Source of the DNA: Sphingomonadales bacterium
GTDB lineage: Bacteria; Pseudomonadota; Alphaproteobacteria; Sphingomonadales; Sphingomonadaceae
Direction: 5' to 3'
Assembly: GCA_025356275.1 (NCBI GenBank)
Contig: JANXUK010000067.1
Span: 4,526-68,525, forward strand
Length of the DNA: 64,000 bases
The position numbers and the translations under genes are program-made. The notes beneath the pieces were generated by a model. That model was not told the DNA's origin. It ran no database searches and saw only the letters and a list, made by a program, of their open reading frames with translations. Within the stretch, counting starts at the first letter, position 1. The number at the start of each line of letters is the position of its first letter. Positions 48,583-57,454 of this stretch are shown in pieces.

Positions 48583-50013
48583 TCAACCGGCGGGCGTGGG
48601 GCCTGCCCGGGCTGGCGCAGGGACTGGTGATGGCCCCAGCGCCTGGCCCAGCGCGCGGATGGCCGCGACCTTGGCATGGAGCGGCGCCCAATCGTTACGC
48701 GTGTCGATGGCCTCCCACACCGCCTCGACCTCCTCGATCACCAGCGACGGCGCCGCCTGCCAGATCGGGTCGGCGGCGGTTGCCTCGGCCTCGGGGGTGG
48801 GTATGTACCGGCCAAGCATGTCGCCGAATTCATCCGCCGGCGGATTGCGCCCACCGCGATGGCCTGCAAAAAAGCTGTCGGGCACCGCACCGCTCGCCTG
48901 CATATGCGCACCAGCGGCGGCGATCAGCGCCGCATCCTCGACCGCGCCGCGCGGCACAACCCCCAACCGCCACAGCACGCGCCGGGCGAGGGCCGCCCGG
49001 TACAGCGGCTCGAACCGTTCCAGCGCGGCGATCAGTGGCGGCGCCTCCACCAACAGCCGCAGCGCCACCGCCAGTTGCGCGCAATTCCACGCGATCGCCT
49101 CGCCCTGCCGGCCAAATGCATAGAGACCCTGATGGTCGAAATAGGCCGCCGTAAACCCCGCCTCCCAGCGCGGCAGCCAGCGCCACGGGCCGTAATCGAA
49201 GCTCTCGCCGGTGATATTCATATTGTCGGTATTGAGCACGCCATGGACGAAGCCGGTTGCGCCGTAGGAAGCCGCCATATCGGCCAGCCGCTCCACCGCC
49301 TGATGCAGCAGGATCACCGCCGGCTGGTCGCGCCCCGGTGCATCGACGGGGGGCGGGGTCCCGGGGAATTCATTCAGGCAATAACCGACCAGAGCGGCCA
49401 TGTGGCCCGCCTCCTCCAGCGCCAGCAGCCGCTGAAAACTGCCGATACGGATGTGGCCATGGCTCAGCCGCACCAGCACAGCCGAGCGCGTGGGCGAAGG
49501 CTCATCGCCGCGCCACAATTGCTCGCCGGTCTCCACCACCGAGAGCGTCTTGGACGTGTTCGCGCCCAGCGCCTCCAGCATCTCGGTGGCGAGAATCTCG
49601 CGCACCGCGCCTTTCAGCGTCAGCCGGCCGTCGCCCTGCCGGCTATGGGGGGTCCGGCCGGAGCCCTTGGTGCCCAAGTCGAGCAGGCGCCCGGCCCCGT
49701 CGCGCAACTGGGCAAACAGAAAGCCGCGCCCGTCGCCGATCTCCGGGTTATAATGCCGGAACTGATGCCCGTGATAGCGCAGCGCCAGCGGCTGGGGCAG
49801 ATTGCCGGGCAGCGGTTCGAAACGCCCCAAATGCGCGAGCCACTGTGCTTCGCTCAGCCCGCTCAGGCCGATCGCGGCGGCCCAACGCTGATTGCGCCAG
49901 CGCGTCTCAACCGAGGGGAACGCCGCCGCCGCCACCGGATCGCCCAGCCACGGCGCGAGGGCGGCGATGCGCGGATCGGGCAGATAGTCTGCGGCTTGCG
50001 GTTCGGGGCGCAT
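48583..50013 (-). CDS. ydiU: SelO/YdiU protein adenylyltransferase
   Basis: YHGHQF, GDGRG, KGSGRTPHSRQGDGR, HGVLNTDN; ATG 50013. Confidence 0.93.
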   Translation of the reverse strand: MRPEPQAADYLPDPRIAALAPWLGDPVAAAAFPSVETRWRNQRWAAAIGLSGLSEAQWLAHLGRFEPLPGNLPQPLALRYHGHQFRHYNPEIGDGRGFLFAQLRDGAGRLLDLGTKGSGRTPHSRQGDGRLTLKGAVREILATEMLEALGANTSKTLSVVETGEQLWRGDEPSPTRSAVLVRLSHGHIRIGSFQRLLALEEAGHMAALVGYCLNEFPGTPPPVDAPGRDQPAVILLHQAVERLADMAASYGATGFVHGVLNTDNMNITGESFDYGPWRWLPRWEAGFTAAYFDHQGLYAFGRQGEAIAWNCAQLAVALRLLVEAPPLIAALERFEPLYRAALARRVLWRLGVVPRGAVEDAALIAAAGAHMQASGAVPDSFFAGHRGGRNPPADEFGDMLGRYIPTPEAEATAADPIWQAAPSLVIEEVEAVWEAIDTRNDWAPLHAKVAAIRALGQALGPSPVPAPARAGPTPAG

Positions 50014-50067
50014 CGGGCGATAGTGGGGGCAAGCCCGCGACGGCGCAAGTTCGAAGCCCAAAGGAAG

Positions 50068-50979
50068 ATGATGCCGCCCGCGATCAGCGCTTATACCGAC
50101 CGCAGCTGGCGCAGTGCCGACGGGCTGTCGCTGCATTACCGTGAATATCCGGGCAGCGGCGGGGATGCGGCGCGACCCGTGGTGCTGTGCTTGCCGGGGC
50201 TGACCCGCAATGCCCGCGATTTTGCCGATCTGGCGGAGCATCTGGCCTCGCCTGTGGGTGGCGGGTGGCGGGTGCTGTGTGCCGAGATGCGCGGGCGCGG
50301 CAGCAGCGCCTGGGCAGCAGACCCGGCGACCTATACCCCGGCGCAGTATGTTGGCGATGTGCTGGCACTGATCGAACACGCGGGGCTGGCGCGGTTTGTC
50401 GCGGTCGGGACTTCGCTGGGCGGGTTGATGACTATGGCGCTGGCGATGATCTGCCCGGAGCGGCTGGTGGGGGCGGTGTTGAACGACATCGGCCCGGTGC
50501 TGGAGGCGGCGGGGCTGGCCAAGATCAGCGGCTATGTCGGGCGCGATCCGGTGTTTGCCGGGTGGGATGCAGCGGCGGCGGCTTTGGCCACCACGTTTGC
50601 GCCGGCCTTCCCGCGCTGGGGGCCGGCGGATTGGCTGGCGATGGCGCGGCGCGGCATGGATGAGCGCGCCGATGGCACCATCCGCTTTGCCTATGATCCG
50701 CGCATTGCCGAGCAACTGGCGGCGAGGGCCGCGACGGGGGCAGGGGCAGGGGCAGGGGTGCCCGATCTGTGGCCGGGGTTCGCGGCGGTGGGCCAAGTGC
50801 CGACGCTGCTACTGCGCGGCGCGCTGTCCGATCTGCTGTCGGCGGAGACGTTCGCGGCGATGCAGGCGCGGCTGCCGGACGCGGAGACGGTGACGATCGC
50901 GGATGTGGGCCACGCGCCCACCCTGGCCGAGCCCGAGGCGCTGGCCGCGATTGACCGCCTGTTGGCGCGGGTGAAATGA
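50068..50979 (+). CDS. Alpha/beta hydrolase
   Basis: PGLTRNARDF, GTSLGG nucleophile elbow, GHAP; ATG 50068 with AGGA RBS. Confidence 0.9.
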   Translation: MMPPAISAYTDRSWRSADGLSLHYREYPGSGGDAARPVVLCLPGLTRNARDFADLAEHLASPVGGGWRVLCAEMRGRGSSAWAADPATYTPAQYVGDVLALIEHAGLARFVAVGTSLGGLMTMALAMICPERLVGAVLNDIGPVLEAAGLAKISGYVGRDPVFAGWDAAAAALATTFAPAFPRWGPADWLAMARRGMDERADGTIRFAYDPRIAEQLAARAATGAGAGAGVPDLWPGFAAVGQVPTLLLRGALSDLLSAETFAAMQARLPDAETVTIADVGHAPTLAEPEALAAIDRLLARVK

Positions 50980-52103
50980 AGCTGCTCCACCTGCATTCGA
51001 GCTTTGCGCCCGGCGGCAAGGAGGTGCGCTGCGTCCAGCTGATCAACGCCTTCGGGCCGGGCGTGGAGCATAGTATCGTCTCTGCCATGTCCGGCGCGAT
51101 GGGCGCCGCCGCGCGGATCGACCCGACCATCACCTGCCATCTCGATACGCCCTTCCCCGCGATGCAGGGCCGCCCGACCCCGGCGCGGTTGCAGGCGATG
51201 GCGCAGGCGATGCGCGGCTTCGATCTGGTGCTGAGCTATAATTTCGGGGCGATGGACGGGGTGATGGCGCATACGGTGTTTGGCCGCGCGCTCGATCTGC
51301 CCCCGCTGGTCCACCATGAGGACGGGTTCAACGAGGATGAGGCCGAGCGGCTGAGCACGCGGCGCAACTGGTATCGCCGGCTGGGGCTGGGTCGGGCCTC
51401 CGCGCTGGTGGTGCCGTCGCGCCGGCTGGAGGCGATTGCGCTGGGGCCGTGGCATCAGCCGCCCGCGCGGGTGCACCGCATCGGCAATGGCATCGTCACT
51501 GGCGCCTATGCCGGGCGGCCGCGCCGCGATGCCCTGCCGCGCGTAATCAAGCGGCCGGGCGAGAAGTGGCTGGGCACGCTGGCTGGGTTGCGTGCCGTCA
51601 AGAACCTGCCCCGGCTGGTCCGCGCCTTTGCGCCGCTGCCGCCCGAGTGGCAGCTGGTGATCCTAGGCCAGGGGCCCGAGGCCGAGGCGATCCGCGCCGA
51701 GGCGCTGCGGCTGGGGGTGGCGCACCGGGTCCATTTGCCGGGCCATGTCGGCGATCCGGCCAAGGTCGTCGGCCTGTTCGACCTGTTCGCGCTATCGTCG
51801 GACAGCGAGCAATTCCCGATCTCGGTGGTGGAGGCCATGGCAGCGGGGCTCGCGGTAGCATCCACCGACGTCGGCGACGTGAGCGCGATGCTGGGGCCGG
51901 AGAATCGCGCATTTCTCGCCGCGCCCGGCGATGAGCCAGGGCTGACCGCGCATATCGCTGCACTGGCGGCAGACGAGGGCCTGCGGGCGCGGCTAGGCGG
52001 GGCCAACCGGGCGATCGCGCGCGCCGAATTCGACGAGGGGGCGATGGTGGCGGCCTATCGCGCGGTCTATGCCGGGGCGCTGGGGCTTAGCAGCTTTCCC
52101 TAG
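50976..52103 (+). CDS. Glycosyltransferase family 4
   Basis: KNLPRL, DLFALSSDSEQFPISVVEAMAAG. Confidence 0.93.
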   Translation: MKLLHLHSSFAPGGKEVRCVQLINAFGPGVEHSIVSAMSGAMGAAARIDPTITCHLDTPFPAMQGRPTPARLQAMAQAMRGFDLVLSYNFGAMDGVMAHTVFGRALDLPPLVHHEDGFNEDEAERLSTRRNWYRRLGLGRASALVVPSRRLEAIALGPWHQPPARVHRIGNGIVTGAYAGRPRRDALPRVIKRPGEKWLGTLAGLRAVKNLPRLVRAFAPLPPEWQLVILGQGPEAEAIRAEALRLGVAHRVHLPGHVGDPAKVVGLFDLFALSSDSEQFPISVVEAMAAGLAVASTDVGDVSAMLGPENRAFLAAPGDEPGLTAHIAALAADEGLRARLGGANRAIARAEFDEGAMVAAYRAVYAGALGLSSFP

Positions 52104-52271
52104 TGGTTCGTTTCCGACATTTGCGTCCATTTCGGCAAGGGCAGAGGCAAATGTCGGAAACATCAGAACCACTAGATATTATATTGTTTCTATTGGATTT
52201 TATGATTCTGACATTCGAAAGCCCCCCCCTTTGCCGCAAGCGGGACTCGAATGTCAAAATCAATCCACTAG
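52100..52271 (+). mobile_element. CTAG-bounded MITE-like element, copy 3
   Basis: CTAGTGGttcgtttccgacatttgc...atcaatCCACTAG. Confidence 0.88.
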
Positions 52272-52412
52272 GGTGTGTGGAGATTTGGCTCAGGCCGGAG
52301 CGAGAATAGCTGATTTGAGCGACCCGGAGCGCAGCGGGTTTCGGTACGTGAGCACCGGAAGCGCGCAATGCGGCTGTTCGGAGCCCGGCATCAGCCAAAT
52401 CACCACACACCC
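52271..52412. repeat. 142-bp element with ~20-bp terminal inverted repeats (family C), abutting copy 3
   Basis: GGGTGTGTGGagATTTGGCT...AGCCAAATcaCCACACACCC; core gacccggagcgcagc...tacgtgagcaccggaagcgc. Confidence 0.75.
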
Positions 52413-52505
52413 TGATGCGCGGTTGCAGTTGAAAACCCCGGCACTTGCGCTAAACAGCCCGGCGATGCCCGCCGCTTGCGCGCGCGATATTTGAAAGCTG
52501 ATAGT

Positions 52506-53282
52506 TTGGCCCTGCGTCCCGCCGCCCCCCGCTCCCAGGCCGACAAGCTCGCCCAGCGCGATGCCGCACAGCAGGATGTGTTCCTGCGCGAGGTCGACGA
52601 TGCGCTGCGCGAGGATGAGATGATGCGCGCCATCCGCCATTATGGCCGGGTGGCCGCGATTGTGGTCGCGGCGCTGTTGCTGGCGCTGGCAGGCTATCTG
52701 TGGTGGGGCAAGCACCGCGAGGATCAGGCAGCGACGCGGGCGGAGAATTTCACGCTGGCGCTCGATCAGCTGGACGCCGGCAATCTGGCGGCGGCCTCCA
52801 GCCAGCTTGCGCCAATCGCGGGCGACAGCGATGATGGCAGCCGGGCGGCAGCGAAGCTGCTCCAGGCCGATATCGCGCTGAAACAGGGCAGCAAGGATCA
52901 GGCGATCGCGCTCTATGCCGGCGTTGCGGCAGACAGCGCCGCGCCCCAGCCCTACCGCGATCTGGCGACCATCCGCGAAGTTGCCACCCGCTTCGACAGC
53001 ATGAAGCCCGAGGATGTGGTCGCCCGGCTGCGCCCGCTGGCGATACCCGGCGGCCCGTGGTTCGGTAGCGCCGGCGAGCTGCTCGGCATGGCCTATCTTC
53101 AGCAAGGCCACAAGGATCTGGCCGCGCCGTTGTTCGGCGCCATCGCCCGCGACAAGACCGTACCCGACAGTCTGCGCGCCCGTTGCCGCCAGATCGCCGG
53201 GCTGCTCGGCTTCGACGCGGTGGACGATGTCGCCCGTGACCATGCGGCTCCGGCTGGCACCCAAACCGATACACAAGGATAA
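52506..53282 (+). CDS. YfgM-like membrane-anchored TPR protein
   Basis: FLREVDDALREDEM..IRHYG, one TM, TPR-like helices; upstream of bamB-like gene; start uncertain (TTG 52506). Confidence 0.85.
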   Translation: MALRPAAPRSQADKLAQRDAAQQDVFLREVDDALREDEMMRAIRHYGRVAAIVVAALLLALAGYLWWGKHREDQAATRAENFTLALDQLDAGNLAAASSQLAPIAGDSDDGSRAAAKLLQADIALKQGSKDQAIALYAGVAADSAAPQPYRDLATIREVATRFDSMKPEDVVARLRPLAIPGGPWFGSAGELLGMAYLQQGHKDLAAPLFGAIARDKTVPDSLRARCRQIAGLLGFDAVDDVARDHAAPAGTQTDTQG

Positions 53283-54637
53283 TGCGCATGATGCGTCCCA
53301 CCTCCCCCCGGCTGCGCACCGCGCTGGCGGCTAGCCTTGCCCTGACGCTGGCGGGCTGTGCCGGGCACGGCATCGCGCGCAAGCCGCGCCCGACCACGCC
53401 GACGATCGGCAACCGTATCCCGATCCTCAGCCGGGTTGAGGGCGGCGCGCATGTCGATGCCGATCTGGCCAATGTCGCGGTGGTGCTGCCCCCCGCCGCG
53501 ATCAATGCCGATTGGGCCCAGCCCGGCGGCGGCGCCAACAAGAGCTATGGCAATCTGGCGCTCTCTGCCAAACCCGCAAAGCTGTGGACCGCGCAGATCG
53601 CCGGCGCCACCCCCCAGCGCCGGCTGGCCGCAGCCCCGGTGATCGGCGGCGGCGCGCTCTTCGTGATGGACACCAGCGGCGTGGTCCACGCGATGGACGC
53701 CGCCACCGGCAAGCCCAGATGGACGCACAGTTTTGCCCAGCCGGGCGAGGTGGAGGCAACCGTGTTCGGCGGCGGGGTCAGCTATGACAATGGCCAGATC
53801 TATGTGACCACCGGCTTTGGCGAGGTTGCCGCGCTCGATGCCACCACCGGCAAACAGGTATGGCGGGTGCGGCCGGCCGGGCCATTGCGCGGATCGCCCA
53901 CGGTGGCGTTCGGCGCGGTCTATGTGATGGCGCAGAATAATGAACTGCACGCGCTGAACACGCTGGACGGCGCCGAATTGTGGCAGGAAAGCGCATCGCT
54001 GGGCGAGGCCGGGGTGTTCGGCGTGGGCGCGCCTGCCGCCGGGCAGGGCACGGTGATCGCGGGCTATTCCACAGGCGAGCTGATCGCCTATCGCTATGAG
54101 AACGGGCGGCAATTGTGGTCGGATGCCCTGTCGCGCACGTCCCTCTCCACCACGGTGGGCGTGTTGACCGATATCGACGCCGATCCGATCATCGATCATG
54201 GCCGGGTCTATGCGCTGGGTCAGGGCGGGCGCATGGCCGCCTATGAGCTGGTCACCGGGCAGCGGATCTGGGAGCTGAACCTTGCCGGAATCTCGACGCC
54301 GGCGGTGGCGGGCGACTGGATATTCACGCTGACCGACGATGCCAAGCTGCTGTGCATCGCGCGCAGCACCGGCAAGGTGCGCTGGATCGCCCAGCTCGAT
54401 CAGTTCCACAATGCCCGCAAAAAGAAGGGCGCAGCGCTGTATTGGACCGGGCCGCTGCTGGCGGGCGACCGGCTGTGGGTCGGCAATTCCGAAGGCAATT
54501 TCTACGACGTCAGCGCGGCGGATGGCGCGGTGCACAGGTTCGCGGCGCTGGGCGGGGCAATGTCGCTGGCGCCGGTGGCGGCGGGCGGCATCCTGTATGT
54601 TCTGGACGACAATGGGCGGATCACCGCCTGGCGCTAG
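53282..54637 (+). CDS. bamB: BamB-like PQQ-repeat beta-propeller lipoprotein
   Basis: LAGC lipobox; repeated ALDA.TGK..W motifs. Confidence 0.85.
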   Translation: MRMMRPTSPRLRTALAASLALTLAGCAGHGIARKPRPTTPTIGNRIPILSRVEGGAHVDADLANVAVVLPPAAINADWAQPGGGANKSYGNLALSAKPAKLWTAQIAGATPQRRLAAAPVIGGGALFVMDTSGVVHAMDAATGKPRWTHSFAQPGEVEATVFGGGVSYDNGQIYVTTGFGEVAALDATTGKQVWRVRPAGPLRGSPTVAFGAVYVMAQNNELHALNTLDGAELWQESASLGEAGVFGVGAPAAGQGTVIAGYSTGELIAYRYENGRQLWSDALSRTSLSTTVGVLTDIDADPIIDHGRVYALGQGGRMAAYELVTGQRIWELNLAGISTPAVAGDWIFTLTDDAKLLCIARSTGKVRWIAQLDQFHNARKKKGAALYWTGPLLAGDRLWVGNSEGNFYDVSAADGAVHRFAALGGAMSLAPVAAGGILYVLDDNGRITAWR

Positions 54638-54801
54638 TGGTCCGATTCTGACATTTGGTGCCCTGTCCGATAGCGGGCATTCAAATGTCAGAATCTTTTC
54701 GGACCACTAGGAATATATGATTCTAGGGGATTTTACGATTTTGACATTTGCAGACCCATCCCATCCGCCGGGGGATGCAAATGTCAAAATCAATCCACTA
54801 G
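54634..54801 (+). mobile_element. CTAG-bounded MITE-like element, copy 4
   Basis: CTAGTGGtccgattctgacatttg...caaatgtcaaaatcaatCCACTAG. Confidence 0.88.
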
Positions 54802-54819
54802 GCGCCTGTCGCTGCCTGC

Positions 54820-55753
54820 CTATTTTTGGCCGGCTGCCATATACGCGGCCAGCGCGATAATATCGTCATCGCGTAGCGCGGCGGCCACCTGCCGCATCGG
54901 CGCGGCGGCGGGATCGTGGCGGGTTCCGCTGCGAAAAGCGAACAGCTGACGCGCGATATAGCTTGGCGATTTGCGTGAGATGCCGGGGATTGCCGCGGTG
55001 CCGCGATAGTCGCCGCCGTGGCATCCTGCGCAAGCCCATATCCGCGCCAGCCCGGCGGGACATAGGCGGTGTAGGCAGTGCGCGGGTCGCGCGCTTCGAA
55101 GCGGGCGAAATCGTCCGGGCCCTCGACGATCCGCTGGCCCAGCGTTTCGCTGCCCGCCGCCGGATCGAAGCGCCCGACAAAACCCGCCATATGCGCCTTG
55201 GGGATAGTGACGGCTTCGCGGACATGGATGTAGCAGGCAGCGGGAAGCGCCGCAAAATAGGCCGCTGCCGAGGCGATTTCGTCGGGGTTTAGCACTTTTG
55301 GCCACCGCGACCATCAGCGTTTCGGGGACCCGCGCCGGGCCGCTTTGCGCCGCGCACCATCGGCAAAGCCTTGCAATTGCGCGATAATATAGTCGCTCGA
55401 CAGGCCAGCGAGGGACGCATTTTCAGGGTGGCCATGGCCCGTCGTCAAATGGCAATAGCCGCAGGCCCATGGCTGCGGCTCCCGGCCCTGCGCCACACTG
55501 GCCGGCATAGGTGGGTGAGCGCCCGGCAGCCAGTCGGCGATGCGATGGCGCTGTCCACCTGCGCCCGGGTTAAGCGCGCCGCGACGCCGGGGATATGCTG
55601 CACGGTCTGCGGGTCCGCCGCGCTGTGCGGCCCTGCGCCCCGGCGCGATCCAGCCGGGCGGGGCCTGGCCGGATCGCGCCGGGGACCACGCGCCTCCGTC
55701 GCCATAGCCAGCAACGCCGCTATGCCCATCCTTTTCGCCCTGCCTGTGGTCAT
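54820..55753 (-). pseudogene. Frameshifted diheme c-type cytochrome (c4/c553-like)
   Basis: CGYCH and CAGCH, LAGLSSDYIIAQL and SPSYIARQL spread over at least four consecutive frame segments. Confidence 0.8.
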
Positions 55754-55830
55754 CGGCTGGAGATAACGGAGCATGGCCGTCAGGCAAGCGCGTTTGCGTT
55801 CACGCATTTCTGACATTTGCGCGCTATGGG

Positions 55831-57171
55831 TTGGCGATGGCCGATGCGTTCGTGTTCCCCTCCCCGCCCCCCGCGCCGCTGGCCCGGCCGCGCAGCGATG
55901 TGTCGGCACGCGTGGGCTTGGTCGGATTGTTCGGGCTTTTGGTGTGGGTGCTGGTGTGCCGCAATTGGGCCGGGATTGCCGAGGCTTTCGCCATTCCGGG
56001 GCCGCGCCAGCCGATGGCCGGGCCGTTCGCGGCGGTGGCGGCGCTGCTGTGTTCGGGCGGCCCAATGATCCTGTGGTCGCTGTTGGTGGACAAGGTTCAC
56101 CGCGATCCCGCCACCGGCCTCGACTGGGCGCGCCCGCGTTTATGGCGTGAGGGGCTGGATACCGGCCTCACCAAGCTGGCCGGCCTGTGGGCGACATGGG
56201 GGCTGATTGGGGTCGGGTATTGTCTGGCGCGGTGGTATTGGGCCGGGCAGTGGCGCTTTGCGATGGAGTTGATCGGCGCGGCGGCGGTGCCGATGGCAGT
56301 GCTGTCGGTGCCCTATGTCCTGTGGCTGGAGCGGGTGCTGTTGCGGCCCCGCGACGGCGCGTGGCATTTCGGCGCGCTGCTGATCGGGCGTACCGACGCC
56401 GAGATGCCGATGGTTTGGCACCATCTGCGGGTCTGGGCGGTGAAGGGGTTTTTCACGGCTTTCATGCTGTCGATCCTGCCGGGCGGCTTTGCCAGCATCG
56501 TCGGGTTTGACTGGCGCGCGGTGACCGGCGATCCGGCGCGGCTGGCCAACTGGCTGACCGAGCTGCTGTTCATGGTGGATGTGCAGATCGGAACGGTGGG
56601 CTATCTGCTGACGCTCCGGCCCCTCTGCGCCCAGATCCGCAGCGCCAATCCGTTTCTGGCCGGCTGGGTCGCGGCGCTGATCTGTTATCCGCCGTTTACC
56701 GCGATGGGGGCGGGCGGCCCCTTGGACTATCACCTGTTCACCGCCGATTGGTCGGTGTGGCTGGCCGGGCATCAGGTGATGCTGTGGCTCTGGGGCTGCT
56801 GGCTGGTGTTCCTGACCGGGGCTTATGCCTGGGCGACGATGGCGTTCGGCATCCGGTTTTCCAACCTCACCTATCGCGGCGTGCTGACCCATGGGCCGTA
56901 CCGGTTCACGCGGCACCCGGCCTATCTGTCGAAGAACCTGTTCTGGTGGTCGGCCAGCCTGCCGCTGCTCACCACCAACCATTCGTGGGTCGAGGGGGTG
57001 CGCAATTGCGCGATGCTGGGGCTGGTCAGCGCGATCTATTACTGGCGAGCGCGGACCGAGGAGGCACATCTGGCCGCCGAGGATCCCAAATATGTCGCCT
57101 ATTCCGCCTGGGCCCAGGCGCATGCGCCGGTCACGCGGGCGATTACAGGACTGCTTCGCCGCTTACATTGA
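55831..57171 (+). CDS. Membrane protein with C-terminal ICMT/PEMT-like methyltransferase domain
   Basis: Multi-TM; GPYRFTRHPAY and RARTEEAHL. Confidence 0.8.
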   Translation: MAMADAFVFPSPPPAPLARPRSDVSARVGLVGLFGLLVWVLVCRNWAGIAEAFAIPGPRQPMAGPFAAVAALLCSGGPMILWSLLVDKVHRDPATGLDWARPRLWREGLDTGLTKLAGLWATWGLIGVGYCLARWYWAGQWRFAMELIGAAAVPMAVLSVPYVLWLERVLLRPRDGAWHFGALLIGRTDAEMPMVWHHLRVWAVKGFFTAFMLSILPGGFASIVGFDWRAVTGDPARLANWLTELLFMVDVQIGTVGYLLTLRPLCAQIRSANPFLAGWVAALICYPPFTAMGAGGPLDYHLFTADWSVWLAGHQVMLWLWGCWLVFLTGAYAWATMAFGIRFSNLTYRGVLTHGPYRFTRHPAYLSKNLFWWSASLPLLTTNHSWVEGVRNCAMLGLVSAIYYWRARTEEAHLAAEDPKYVAYSAWAQAHAPVTRAITGLLRRLH

Positions 57172-57454
57172 AGATGGTGACAGCGCGCTCGGTCATGCCC
57201 ATTCTTGCCCGCTGCGCGCCCCATGTCGCCATATGCGCAGTTGCCAGATGCGCGGTCAGGTGGTCCCGGCTGGCCCAAAGCTCGCTGACGCGCAGCATGC
57301 CGGGATCGGTCACGTCCTCACCGACGTGATAGGCAAGACAGCCATCCTCGGCCTGGGTCGCGGCAATCAGGGCCGGCATCAACCCGCGCGCCTCGGCCAT
57401 ATGCTCACGCGGCAGGCGGAATTTCGCCAAGACCACGACCCGGGCATCGGCCAT
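57143..57454 (-). CDS. Antibiotic biosynthesis monooxygenase (putative quinol monooxygenase) family
   Basis: ATQAEDGCLAY, ELWASRDHLTAHLATAH; ATGA overlap with gshA stop. Confidence 0.85.
   Translation of the reverse strand: MADARVVVLAKFRLPREHMAEARGLMPALIAATQAEDGCLAYHVGEDVTDPGMLRVSELWASRDHLTAHLATAHMATWGAQRARMGMTERAVTIFNVSGEAVL

Noticed and set aside
48676-50067. N-terminal 464 aa of the 767-aa ORF as a hydrolase fusion
   Set aside because: It is the antisense shadow of ydiU; the real start is ATG 50068 with an RBS
50737-50758. GGGGCA x3 microsatellite in the hydrolase
   Set aside because: Short in-frame GAGAG linker; no phase-variation potential
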